The translations under genes were made by a program, and so were the position numbers. A DNA stretch of 58,725 nt, filler included, from Catajapyx aquilonaris (lineage: Eukaryota), in assembly GCA_000934665.2 (NCBI GenBank). It is 4 parts of 4 records of this genome, joined end to end, with 100 filler letters (N's around TTAATTAATTAA, not from the genome) between each part and the next. Parts side by side here need not be neighbours in the genome. Positions count along the whole stretch, not along the records: positions 1 to 14,707 come from JYFJ02007732.1; 3 more parts are not named here. One strand, 5' to 3'. Of the stretch, positions 1 to 12,496 are shown in pieces (the stretch's first letter is position 1; every line of letters starts with the position of its first letter). The notes beneath the pieces were generated by a model. It saw only the letters and a list, made by a program, of their open reading frames with translations. It had not been told where the DNA came from and searched no databases.

Positions 1-309
1 CGCTTATTTTGGTCTTAACTACAATCCTGCAAAGCGGCTTGCTTTTATCACGATTTGCCGCTTTTTAATGGAATCTCGAACGTACCGCCCCCACTATAGG
101 AGCAGAAAATTTACAATGAGTCGTCTTGTGTAATATATTGTCATTCTTGTTTTGCATTTCCTATTTGCTCATGCTGTGCTCCGCCATTACGCCTCTCACT
201 TCGCCGGCATTCGTTGCACCGCCCAATCTGTACAGTGCTGCAAGGGAACTTGCAGTTGGGAAACATTGACGCTTCGAATCGATATGTGGCCTACGAATTT
301 GCATTATTT

Positions 310-2060
310 TGTGTGACGTATAATGTGTGTTATTGCTGGAATTTTACTCCTGTGGTTGTAAGATTGTAATTAGGCTTACTTTATTTATATACGTCAAGCC
401 TATTAAAAGTCACTTGCGTAATATTGTGGTATGAGTATTGTCTTATGCTTTGAGTGGTCTGAAAATGGATGGGATTGTTCTCGTCAAGGGTGGTGGAGTG
501 TGTGTATCACTGTTCTGTTTATTGCGCCAATTTGGTGTTCTTTCCTACCCAAGTTCCTATACCTGCCTCGTTTTGTATAAGGTTGGTTCCTGGAAACATG
601 CATTGCCGACATAGAGTAGAATCATCGTGTCCACTGGTGTTATAACATTTCCTGGAGACAGAACTGTTTTGTCGTGCAGTGTTTTTTTTATGTGTCCTCG
701 CCCAGTCAGTTACTTTCCTAGATAATCTCTTCCTACTATAGGAATTCACCTGTCCGTTAATCTAGGCGACGCACAAGGTGCTGGCCCGGTCATCAGCCAA
801 GATAGGCCTGAATGCCATAGTTCAATTATTACAACCCCATACGACAATAACAATACTTGGTTAATTGTTTGGCGTTCGGTAACCAATAAGGAGTCGCTGC
901 CGGCTATTAGTCTGAGGTGAGCTCATACCTCTCGGTTTTACTTTCGTATTTCAACACTTATGAAAATAAATGGATGGCAGGATTTTTGTAGGTCGTAAAC
1001 CAATAATTTGCTTTCCACGTTATATTAAATCTCCAGCAAATATTTAGTGACATGCAAATATAAGCGCTGGACGGTGTGAGTTGATTGTTTTTTTTTTTTT
1101 TTACTGGGTTGAAAGTACAGGTGCATTAATTTTTTTGCCATTGTGACTTTACCCTTAGTTTATTGTGTCCCGATTTTTGTGCGTATTTTAAACACATTTT
1201 CTGGTCTCTGATTGGTCCCTCTGTCATCTGTGGGGAATATTTCAATTTGATATTTAAGGGAATTTGAAGGCAAGAAGATCATTCTCCTCCCCCGGTATAA
1301 TGTGTAGTACATGTATTTATTTCTATGGCGTCATTATTAAGTTTTTGAGGCTTATCCGTCATCGTTAGTGATGGATACGTGGGGTTTTCCATAAAATAAT
1401 CTCTATATTTGATCTATATCAGAGCCCAGTATGTGACTCCTTTCATTTATTTTATGAGATTAGATATGTGATTTTCACGGTTATTACACGCATTTTGCGA
1501 TCACAAAATAATGTTGTTGTGCCCTCGCTGGCCAATGTAAATGGCTGCCATGGTAGATAACCACCAATCGGTGTGTTGGCATGGCTAAACATGCCAACAT
1601 GAATATATTATTAAGATGATTGTAGTGGCTGAACAATTCCGATCATACCTAATGCCACGAATGGTGTGAACGGGGTGTGACGCTGACGTTCCTCGACACC
1701 ATCCTGAGTACCCCGAGTATGCAGCTGTGCTCTTGTACTTGCCCTCGTCGCTCCCTGTCTTATCTATACTGACGGAGCCTCCTTCACTGAGACGTGAAGA
1801 AGCCTTTTATCGGCCGGATAACTGCTTGTCTTAATGCTAGAAGATATGTATTTTACAATCTTCTGTGCCTCTTCCCAGAGAAATTGGTCTCCTGTGAATT
1901 GTCCGCCTCCTGAATACTTGACAGGGAAAAAGTTTTTAACAGACAGAGATATGCAAAGTGTACAAGTCCAAAATGGGAACACTTGATACCTAAATCTGTT
2001 CATCCAGCATGTGGCAAATATGGATAAGGGAGACAGAGGGGAAAACCTGCTGAAAAAGTA
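310..2060 (-). repeat. Repeat unit copy 1 (subtype Y), probably a decayed Penelope-like retroelement derivative
   Basis: 310-510 matches 2074-2250, 930-990 matches 2680-2745, 1120-1815 matches 6712-7365, and 1765-1950 matches 3850-4047. Boundaries are approximate. Confidence 0.65.
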
Positions 2061-4047
2061 CTGGCAGTTGTTATGTGTGGCGTATAATGTGCTCAGTTGT
2101 TGGTGGAGTTATGGTCGTGAGGTTGTAAGATTGTTACTAAGCCTACTTGATTTACATAAGTCAAGCCTGTTCAAAGTCACTTGTTTAATATTGTGGTATG
2201 AGTAGTGTCTTGAAGAAAGGTTCTCATCAAGGGCGGTGGAGTGTGTGTATCCTGCAGAGAAGAACTGCACCAAAATCATGCTTATTAGAATGGGCAGGAG
2301 GAATATTGTTTCCTATAATTTGACCGGATTTCATGGGTTAAAATAGACGCGCATTTTTTCAGCATCGAAAATGAACAAAATGGCGTGATTTTCTGCATCA
2401 TTCTTCTGCCACATATTAGTGAAGGTTTGGAACAACTAGGGCATGGGTTGTCACTTTGGATGTAACTTGAAAACATGTTTATAGGACCATTTGGTGTTGT
2501 GCACCTTTGGTATCATGTGCGAATGGTACTTTTGCCTCTTGTTGTCAGAAATGTTAACTCTTTGAGGTTTACATATGTGAGGTTTTCAGGGAAAATCGTT
2601 TTGAATTTCATCACTCATAGAGCCTGCCACCGTTATTCTGGTCTCTAATTAGTTCCTCGGGGACCTTCTTGGTACCTTTCGGTTTTACTTACGTCCCGTC
2701 GTAAATTTAAACACTTATGAAAATAAATCGATTTTTGCAGGACGGACCTTTATTGACAGCAATATGCGACAACCGCTCTGCCTCCAATGCTCTTTCCGCC
2801 TCTGGTCCAACTGCAAGTTCAATGGCATCTTCATGATGCCATCTAGCCCCGGTCTCCCCTAATTTACCACAGAATGGAAGTAACCCAGCGAATGAATTGT
2901 GTGAATTATTTACATCCTACATACAGCAAGGAAAGCAGCATTTCACGTCGATACTTGTAATCAATGATGTTGTTGCAGTGTAGTATTCTTCGGAATCTTT
3001 CGATGTATAATCTCCATTTATTGGAGTCTGCAGTATAAGAGAAGGGCATTGAGTCACAAAATAAACATTACACAGGGTGTGCATATATTTCATTTTTTTC
3101 GTTCAAGATTCACGCATTTTACTGTCACACAATAATAATTTAGTGGTGCTCTCGCTGGTCAGATTGGTCCCATGTTAGCTAACCACCAATTGGTGTGTTT
3201 AGCATGAGTAAAACATGCCAACATGAATATTATTAAGCTGGTTCCAGTGGGTGAACAATTCGCCGTCTTGTAGCGTGTCTTCTGAGAATATGGAGCAGTA
3301 ACATTCTGAAGGGCTGTGTGCTGTAATGTAGTGCTCCCATTTGGCCATTCTCCGAGAGTGGTATATAATCCATTGTGAACCGTTATCACTTGGGTATCCC
3401 TTCTAAGTTTATCTTTCTTTCTGAGTGGTCTTGGGTGTTGGAGCTGGTTTTGCTCCCCACTCGTCCGACTTGTCTTATTTTGTCTCCCCAGCAGAGAACT
3501 CAGTCCCTGGGATGTCTTTCCTCTCTGTTCAATAGTGAATGTCACCAGCAACGACCTGTTTCAGGTACACCGTCACATTTCGTGTTGGAATAACTTCGCG
3601 ACGATGTGATTTTATAAGTACCGGTAATCCTCCCCATAATTGATTGTATCATGGCGAACATTAATTGTATGTTGCATCTGCCAAGTCATCATCCCCAAGT
3701 TGAGAGTATAATTACGGATAGGGGACAGAAAAATCGATTTTTCTCAGCTTCAAAAATATGGCACTTTGGTCCTTCATCATTTTCTCTCTTCATGTTATTC
3801 TTAGCCTATCTACTGGGGCTTGATGACACTCGCCGCCCCCCTGTCTTAACTATACTGACGCGAGAGCCGCCTTCACTGAGACGCGAAAAAGCCTTCTATC
3901 GGCCGGATGTCCCTTTTTACTGCTTGTCGTAATGCTAGAAGATATGTATTTTACATTCTTCTGTGCCTCTTCCCAGAGAAATTGGTCTCGTGTGAATTGT
4001 CCTCCTCCTGAATACTGGGCGGGGGAAAGTTTTAAACAGGCAGAGGT
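2060..4047 (-). repeat. Repeat unit copy 2 (subtype Z), head-to-tail with copy 1
   Basis: Long near-identical alignment with 9013-10610 and 12497-14120. The same spurious ORFs recur in each copy (e.g. SEWSWVLELVLLPTRPTCL). Confidence 0.85.
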
Positions 4048-4674
4048 CAAGTGGCTCCCTCATCAGAGCCTCTTGCTCCCTGCTCTGTAACTGGCGTCGC
4101 GCGTCGGCCTAAATGGTCGTGGTTGCCGTCAACCCTGCCTTTTCCAGGGCCCACGCCCTCGCTGCGGACGCTGCTTCTTGCCGGCTCGCTTGATCCACTT
4201 CATGAAGGAATGACTGAGGCTGCATCCTAGTCACCGCCAAGGGTGCCAGGGGGAAGTCTTGCAGCTCAGCATCTGTTGGCGGCACACGTACATTGTCCCC
4301 ACGTGGGACAACGTCAGTCCCCTTCTCCGCTCCTCATTGCCGATTGAAATGTGGCCCCCTGGTCGGTGGCGTCCTTCCGTATGGCCGTCGCCGCGGCCAT
4401 ACCTGGGATGAAACTTGAAACTGCCAACTGGCAGCATTAAACATACCTCACTGTCGCGTGTCGCCTGGCCCTCAGGATCCGTCCTCATACTTCTTCGGTC
4501 CGACGGACAGGCAGCCTGAGAGTGGTTCCAGTTGGTCGTCAGAGGAGGCGGGCGAGTTTCGGGAGAGGGGAAGGGACGGAATCGGATGATGCAGGGGACG
4601 GGAACAGTAGGACCAAAGCGGAAAAAGGCGGGCAAAACCTTTTACGGTTAGTTGATGTGGACGAAAATAGGGAT

Positions 4675-4880
4675 TCTGGGTTTTTCCTAGTCGCTGATTT
4701 TAATTCACTAGCTAAAAATTCGAAATCCAATGTGTCGGATCAATATGGCGGACATCTGAATGTAAAATGAATGGAATGGAACTGAAACTGGCATTCAGGG
4801 GTTTTCCTGGTCGCTGAATTCAACTAAACTGCTGAAAATTCGAAATTCAATAGGGCGGATCCCAGATGACGGACAAATTG
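4675..4880. repeat. Two degenerate ~120-bp tandem units, probably subterminal repeats of a non-autonomous DNA element
   Basis: The motif GGGTTTTCCT(A/G)GTCGCTGA...AAAATTCGAAAT(C/T)CAAT...CGGATC...GGAC occurs twice, about 120 bp apart. Confidence 0.55.
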
Positions 4881-5929
4881 GAAGAAATGTGTCCAATTTT
4901 CCGCAGCACAATAATTATGATGCCTGATACCAGCATTATTAAGGAATTTTTATTCTGCCTGTCATCAGCCATCCACAAACAAAAAAATACAAATGTTTAC
5001 TCTGAATTATGAAAGCAATGGTTACAGGAAATATTATTATGAGAACAACCATGTACTGTATACATCTACATTATATATACACCTTACACAAATTAGGTAA
5101 ATTTTTGAACCCAGATTCAACCTCTGCTCCCAGCGCGTCAGTTTTAAAAAGCACATTACGTGACATAAATAGTGAACAAAACGGAGCTCCCTTTCTCACT
5201 ATATTCTCTGTGCGGAGATTGCGCACCAAACCCCGACTTTCACTAGGTGCATTGGTGTTTCATGAATGATGTGTGGATTTTGGACGGCCCAGTGTGTTCT
5301 GTGCGTTGACAAGGAATCATAATTGCAAAGGATCCCGCTTCAATTCGAAAGTAAAAAGGGGCCATTATGTGCATGTCCGAATAAAGAAATGTGTCAGCTT
5401 TATATGCATCACCCTGTATTTAAAATCGTATGCCATGGTTCTTATCACTTGAAGTGCCATAATACTGTATATTCACAAACCATTTGGAGAAAAACCCCAA
5501 TGGAGATCGTAACATATATTTATGTCTTGCAGACCCTTCCACTTGCGTTGGGAGATGCCGAGATGGTCATTTTGTTAGTTAAATCAAATGTAGGAGCTGA
5601 TGGACTTGCTTCCCATCACCGTAACTGTAGCTTGACCACTGGTTGTTGGGAAATTTCTCTCTTAAAGCTGCTCGGCTAGTTGATCAGTCAGTATCGGCGT
5701 TAGGTACCGTTTGATATTTTCAGAGGTTCCCTGATATGCCTCCTGGAGCTTGAGATTAATCTTCTTCCCGAGGCAATCTAATACGCCAACCATGTCGTCA
5801 TTAGAACTGGGTAACAAATAACGAGGGACCCTTACCAGGAGCTGTAAGAGAGGTGTGAGGGAAAATTGGGTCTGGGTGGCATGACTGAATTTGATAAAAC
5901 TGGGATTTCGGTGAGGGAACCATTAGTAT

Positions 5930-6140
5930 GTCTGCCATGCCTTTGTCACGCCATGCAGCCCAACCCGATCTTTTGTCCTTGGAACTGAAGAAAGACACAT
6001 TATGGCATCCAATGAAGGCTTGGTAACCTCAGAAATTAGTCTACTTGATCATCTCCAAGAATCATTGCAATACTGTGGACATGGTCTATTTGAATAAGAT
6101 GTGCAACTGTGCCTTTTTGAGCCACATCTGGGATGCGCTT
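5930..6140 (-). mobile_element. Decayed XPG/H3TH-like nuclease fragment, Academ(X)-type DNA transposon remnant
   Basis: Frameshifted translation reads MWLKK/GT...HVHSIAMILG...GYQAFIGCHNVSFFSSKDKRSGWAAW, resembling the recurrent motif VHxIAxxLG...FHAFTGCDTVSxFxGKGKKTAW. Confidence 0.55.
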
Positions 6141-6711
6141 GAGGATACTGTACCTTCGATGATGCGGACGATCCCAACACCAACCAGGGATGATCACTAG
6201 CTTGGCCCGAGTGACACCTAATTGCACTCGGGTGGCCAGAAATGTACTACAATAGCAATTCATCATGCAGAGAAGAACTGCATCAAAAACATGTTGATTA
6301 GAATGGGCAGGAGTGTCCTGGCCGAGGCCTGGGAGGGCTTGGGTGAGGCCCGGAGGTAGAACTTCACCCAGCTTTTGGGAAAGGGCATTTCGGATGACTG
6401 CTTCTAGGTCCTTGGACTGGACATGATATAGATGTGATTGGTGAGTAACGGGACGCCCTGTGTTAGCGCTGGGAAAAGTGCCACTTGAACGGGATAAGCA
6501 AGTGCATTTGCCAGATTATCAATATGGCTCTGGGCGGGATCTGTGAGAGGTTCCGGTGGAGATAAGACACTGTCATTAGTATTACCGTCACGTGTCTGTC
6601 AGTAAAAATCACAATCTTCAATATCCGAATAAGAAAAAAATATATCTTTTTTTGAAACATGTCGCAATTACTTGCCTTAACCCAAAATAATTCGGCGTCT
6701 TAATTAAGGGA

Positions 6712-7365
6712 CGCATTAATTTTTGTTTGCCATTGTGACTTCACCCTTCGTTTATTATGTCCCGATTTTTGTGCGTATTTTAAACAAATTTTCTGGTCTC
6801 TAATTGGTCCCTCTGTCATTTACGGGAATTTGAAGGCAAGAAGAACATTCCCCTCCCCCGGTATAATGTGTACAGGAATTTATTTCTATGGCGTCATTAT
6901 TAAGTTTTTGAGGCTAATCTAGCATCGTTAGTGATCGATACGTGGATTCTCCATAATATAATCTTTACATTTTATCTATATCAGGGCCCAGTATGTGACT
7001 TCTTTCATTTAATTTATGGGATTAGATATGTGATTTTCACAGTTATTACGCGCATTTTGCGATCACAAAATAATGTAGTTGTGCCCTCGCTGGTCAGATG
7101 TAAATGGCTGCCATGGTAAGCTAACCACCAATCGGTGTGTTGGCATGGCTAAACATGCCAACATGAATATATTATTAAGATGATTGTAGTGGCTGAACAA
7201 TTCCGATCATACCTAATGCCACGATTGGTGTGACCGGGGTGTGACGTTCCTCGACACCATCCTCAGTCCCCCGAGTGTGCAGCTGTTCTCTTGTACTTTG
7301 CCCTCGTCGCTCCCTGTCTTGTCTACTGACGCTCCCTCCTTCACTGAGACGTGAAAAAGCCTTAT
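6712..7365 (-). repeat. Partial repeat unit copy (subtype Y) with a Penelope-like RT thumb motif
   Basis: Near-identical to 1120-1815. Minus strand 7145-7040 reads HTDWWLAYHGSHLHLTSEGTTTLFCDRKMRVI, compared with PLE consensus KPTHTDxYLxYxSxHPxxxKxGxxxxLxxRAxRI. Confidence 0.7.
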
Positions 7366-7480
7366 ATCGCTCCACAGCCAATTGCTTGTAATAAGTTTTA
7401 TCATGGCGTGTTACTGTATCAGATGATTCTGTCATTGAAGAAGCTTCAACTTGACCCCGTTATAAGTTCAAGGTAAATGA

Positions 7481-7533
<53 letters not shown>
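7481..7533. repeat. (AAT)n microsatellite
   Basis: About 17 perfect AAT units. Confidence 0.97.
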
Positions 7534-8469
7534 GCTGAATTCACTACAGTTACATCGCTGCAATCAAACCATGCCTTCACTTGTCTGGTTGCTCGTTCAT
7601 TCCTACTGTTATTCTTTGTTTTCTGGAAAACCTCTGCAGATAATGAAGGAATGTCTCTTCATTCCTAGGAAGTCCTTTCGGAGGAGGCCGATGTAGNAGC
7701 TTGTCACCGCTGTTGGATACTTGAAAGCAGCTGGTGCTTCCTCTGCTCTGGTCGTCTTGTCTCCTCCTGTAATGTCTGCATAATTATATTGGTGACCTTC
7801 CTCACAACTCCTACTTCGATGACTTCTCGTCCCTTCCCGTATGGAGCCATTTCTTCCTTCGTATGAGACCGACGGAGGTTTGTTCCTCTTTGGCACAAGT
7901 GATCGAGGAAGTTTGGTATCTCAAACTAAGCACAGGCCACATGTGCGGCTGCTGGCATCTTGAAGATCAGCCTTTTCAGACCTCGGATTTTCTTCTCTTG
8001 GACTGTGGATTTGGAGTAACATGCAACATTGCCACCTATGCAAGACTGCCAATGCATGACTTTTACTTCATGTACTTGGTAGCAAATAAGGAGGGAGGAA
8101 GCAGTTTTCACGTCACAGCGTGCATAAATGGAGATGACCTCACGGAACAAAAGGAGCATGCAATGATTGCAAAAGGACAGTCCAGTGTACCAGAACACAC
8201 TGCAGCCTGTAGAGTATCTGGTGAAGCCGGGCCCAGGGGTTGGAGACCAACTACTTGCAGGTCTGCTGAATTCCTCCTCCCTGAGAGCAAAGAGACGTTA
8301 ACAATGTTAGTATAACAAAGGTGTCGTTCTGGCTCCGTAACTGTAAATCAAACTAGGGTTTGTGCCACCTCCCTTCGTAGTTCTTAACATTCGCGTGTCT
8401 CTTTCGGAATAGTTTTAGCCGATTCATAATTTCATACGTTTCAATTTGAAAGAGGTCCAATTGTGTGTC

Positions 8470-9012
8470 TACCTCTACTTAATTGGACTCTTATCGGGAA
8501 ATGGTCTGAACCAATATAATCCAAAACTTGGAAATCTGAAACGTGAGGTGAGAGCATTCAAGGAAGGTGTAATCAATCACCGATTGGCCTCCCCTTGCAG
8601 CATATGTACGTCGTATATTGACCCGATAACTCTTAGTTATGCCATTCATAACCATTGATGAAAATTGAGTGATTAACTTTAATAACTGTAATACCCGGAT
8701 AATCTGAAGTGGCCTCCTGGTATGCCTGCTGCTCTTCTGCCTCACTCGCTCCCATACGGGGCGTCATTTCCGGTGTGGTGTTGGGGTTGTTCCGTTTTGG
8801 ATCAGGATGCGCCGCTGGAGAATCTCGAGTCCTTTTGGCCCTCTCCTGTGTGTGGGTAGGAGCTATTTGCTGCCGGTTGTTCCACATGCTTGACAGCTTC
8901 TCCACCAACGCATTCCTCTCTTCATTCAGATCGAAAACTTTCCCATCGATGATCAAGGAACTGACCCGGAGAAAAGCCTTTTGGTTCTTGGCCTTCTCTT
9001 CCCTCATGATCA
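8470..9012 (-). mobile_element. Degenerate, internally deleted non-LTR retrotransposon (LINE) fragment: ORF1 C-terminus plus end of the APE endonuclease
   Basis: MREEKAKNQKAFLRVSSLIIDGKVF is typical of a LINE ORF1 C-terminus. Downstream, TYAARGGQSVIDYTF and, after a frameshift, YIGSDHFPIRVQL are the IDY and SDH motifs of APE. Confidence 0.75.
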
Positions 9013-10610
9013 TTGTTTCCTATCATTTGACCAGATTTCATGGGTTAAATTTCTTCAGCATCGAAAAGGAACAAAATGGCGTGATTTTCTGCATCATTCT
9101 TCTGCCACATCTTAGTGAAGGTTTGGAACTACTAGGGCATGGGCTGTCACTTTGGATGTAACATGAAAACATGTTTATACGACCATTTGGTGTTGTGCAC
9201 CTTTGGTATCATGTGCGAATGGTACTTTTGCCTCTTGTTGTCAGAAATGTTAACTCTTTGAGGTTTACATATATGAGGATTTCAGGGAAAATCGCTTTAA
9301 ATTTCATCACTCATAGAGCCTGACACCGTTATTCTGGTCTCTAATTATAGTTCCTCTGGGACCTTCTTGGTACCTTTCGGTTTTACTTACGTCCCGTCGT
9401 ATTTAAACACTTATGAAAATAAATCGATTTTTGCAGGACGGACCTTTATTGACAGCCATATGCGACACCCGCTCTGCCTCCAATGCTCTTTCCGCCTCTG
9501 GTCCAACTGCAAGTTCAATGGCATCTTCATGATGCCATCTAGCCCAGGTCTCCCCTACTTTACCACAGAATGGAAGTAACCCAGAGAATGAATTTTGTGA
9601 ATTATTTACATCCTGCATAAAGCAAGGAAAGCAGCATTTCACGTCGATACTTGTAATGAGAGATGTATATTTGCGGTGAGGAACTCACCTGAGACGCTGG
9701 AATCTTTAGATGTATAATCTCCATTCATTGGAGTCTGCAGTATAACAGAAGGGCATTGAGTCACAAAATAATCATTACACAGGGTGTGCATATATTTCAT
9801 TTTTTCGTTCAAGATTCACGCATTTTACTGTCACAATAATAATTTAGGGGTGCTCTCGCTGCGCTGGTCAGATTGCTGCCATGGTAGCTAACCACCAATC
9901 GGTGTGTTTGGCATGGCTAAAACATGCCAACATGAATATTATTAAGCTGGTTCCAGTGGGTGAACAATTCGCCGTCTTGTAGCGTCTTCTCAGAATATGG
10001 AGCAGTAACATTCAGAAGGGCTGTGTGCTGTAATTTGGCCATTCTCCGAGAGTGGAATATAATCCATTGTGAACAGTTATCACTTGGGTACCCCTTCTAA
10101 GTTTATCTTTCTTTCTGAGTGGTCTTGGGTGTTGGAGCTGGTTTTGCTCCCCACTCGTCCGACTTGTCTTAGTTTGTCTCCCCAGCAGAGTACTCAGTCC
10201 CTGGGATGTCTTTCCTCTCTTTTCTTAGTGAATGTCACCAGCAACGACCTGTCTCGGGTACACGGTCACATTTCGTGTTGGAATACTCTGCGGCGATGTG
10301 ATTTTATAAGTACTGGTAATCCTCCCCATAATTGATTCTATCACGGCGAACATTAATTGTATGTTGCATCTGCCAAGTCATCATCCCCAAGAGAGTATAA
10401 TTACCGATAGGACACACAAAAATCGATTTTTCTCAGCTTCAAAAATATGGCACTTTGGCCCTTTATCATTTTCTCTCTTCATGTTATTCTTAGCCTATCT
10501 ACTGGGGCTTGATGGCACTCGCCGCCCCCCTGTCTTAACTATACTGACGAGAGAGCCGGCTTCACTGAGACGCGAAAAAGCCCTCTCTCTGCCGGATGTC
10601 CCTTTTTACT
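9013..10610 (-). repeat. Repeat unit copy (subtype Z); its first ~45 bp lie displaced at 6267-6312
   Basis: Aligns to 2304-3920. Segment 6267-6312 aligns to 2254-2299. Confidence 0.85.
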
Positions 10611-11417
10611 GTGGAGGCGACTACACCCTCTATACTAGGCCATTTCCCAGGAGCCCTACCTGCCCTTGCGTCCTTGTTGACTGGTTGGGTGTACCCTAGT
10701 ACGTACGGAGCTCAATTTCTCACTTCTTGCTAGTTCAGGAGTCAGTGGAGAAGTCCGAACCTCGGATAATTAGAAAATGGTCCTAGACATCGTAAAAATA
10801 TGAGCTATTCATCAGTTTTTAATGTATCCTGCTGTATCGAGTATTCTTGCATGGTTGAATTAAATAATAATACTTAAGATAAATTTTTAATTTGTCTTCT
10901 AGAAAAAGTATGTTATATTTCTTCGTCGGTGAGACATTTGAGAGTGAGTGGAATTTTCGTCCCACTGCTAGTTACTGCTAACTTAGCATTCGACACAATA
11001 TTTCGTACTTATATTTTATATTTTATATTTTATATTTTGGTGATATAATCAGCACCCAGATAACTGTGATTACAGAGTATAACTCTTCTCCTCTTCATCC
11101 CTCTTCCCTCCCTGAATATGATAACAGAATAATGAACATGTTTGTGAACACCACAGAATATTGTTTTCTATCCGAGATAGACAATGTGGTTGAGGGTTAG
11201 TTTAAAAGTGGGAAAATATGTCTACCCGTTTCATTCTCCTTGTAGTATTTCTTTAATTCGGATAATCCTGCTTGGGTGCTGCTGACCAGAATGTGGGTTG
11301 GGCGAGACGCTGGCCTTCTTCCCCTTGGGAGCTGAGGTGTGCTGGCATGAAGGGAAATAGTTTGTTTCGAACCCCCTTACTTGACCCAGTGGATACCAGT
11401 GGGTTCTTCATGGTCAT

Positions 11418-11590
11418 GTCTCCAGCGGTTTTTTCAGATGTCGCTGTCCAAAAATTGATCAGTGCGCGGGTCGTCTTGTCTCGGGATGTTTTCTCAGCGA
11501 CCTCTCTCCCAAGTGGTAAGTGCACGGGTGGTCTTGTCTCCAGCTGCTTTTTCAGCGATCGCTTTCCAAGTGGTAAGTGCACGGCTCCTG
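11418..11590. repeat. About three degenerate ~58-bp tandem repeats
   Basis: Recurring GTCTCCAGC..TTTTTCAG.GA...CCAAGTGGTAAGTGCACGG, also visible as repeated DKTTRAL peptides in the ORF track. Confidence 0.7.
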
Positions 11591-11689
11591 GGCTTACACT
11601 TCTGACCATCATGACGGCGAGTATCTGGTAGTGGGCACAAATATCGCAACCACTCCTCCTCCGCAAACCACGACATAGATCATCAAGGC

Positions 11690-11850
11690 GGGGTAGCAAC
11701 CAAGTCGTACATTACGTTCAGCATATGTCGGATAGTTGTTGCTGTTACGTGGATGGGCCAGTGTGGTTATTCCCCTGTGAGAAACCATTTGGAAAAAAAT
11801 TGTCATTGCACTTATCAAGTGTCTGTACTGCTGATAGTCTTTCATTAGTT
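11690..11850 (-). mobile_element. Possible hAT transposase C-terminal remnant
   Basis: SAVQTLDKCNDNFFPN followed by frameshifted VTATT, AER and TWL resembles the region around the hAT dimerisation domain. Confidence 0.35.
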
Positions 11851-12496
11851 TACAGCCCCAAAGTAATATTTTCTACGGTTAGCAGCAGCTGAAGTGGAGG
11901 TACACACCACCTTTGGACAATTGAACCCATTGATAGTATAAGACATGATTCGGTAGTGTACCTCATGGATCCGTTTATTTTCATACGTTTTACCTGATAT
12001 AATGTACACCGACGGAATATAATAATGATAGACACTTTCAGTGCAATATGACCACATACGTCACATTTCTCTTGTGGAGGTACAGTATAAAGTGTTGACA
12101 TGCACACCTGTTGTGTAGGACAGGACTGCTGCGTAATGATGGGGTGATGCTTTCGCTCCACTTGTCGTACGAGCCGTGAACGCTATAGGGGATGGCTGTG
12201 GTGTCAGTGCCACAACACGTGATCAGGAGTCTGCCGCCCCCTCCCGCAGGGACACTGACCCTCGCCCTCGCGCAATCTAAAGCGGATCAAATACAGCGCA
12301 TATGACATTTTGCGTCTGGTCAGGTGTGTCAATCGGTCTGACATATGAGAGCCAGTCTTCGTGGCAAATAATTATGAGGATGCATAACAAATATTATTAT
12401 TATTTTCTGTTCCAATGAATACTACTTATTCAATGTGAAGGACATAACCTCCGTGAAATAATTTGTCCTTATCCTGGCTACGCGGCTTGCTTTGAG

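Noticed and set aside
4231..4770. GC-rich ORFs of 134, 82 and 63 aa
   Set aside because: No domain is recognisable. They are probably part of an unidentified TE fragment.
7863..8315. 150-aa ORF, and an opposite-strand HEVK motif suggesting a DIRS tyrosine recombinase
   Set aside because: The remaining catalytic motifs were not found and the similarity is too weak.
10540..10600. Hammerhead-ribozyme-like CTGACGA...CGAAA in the repeat unit (related sites near 1767, 3854, 7326, 14033)
   Set aside because: Stem II does not pair, there is no correctly placed UH cleavage site after stem III, and the CTGANGA core is not kept in the other copies.
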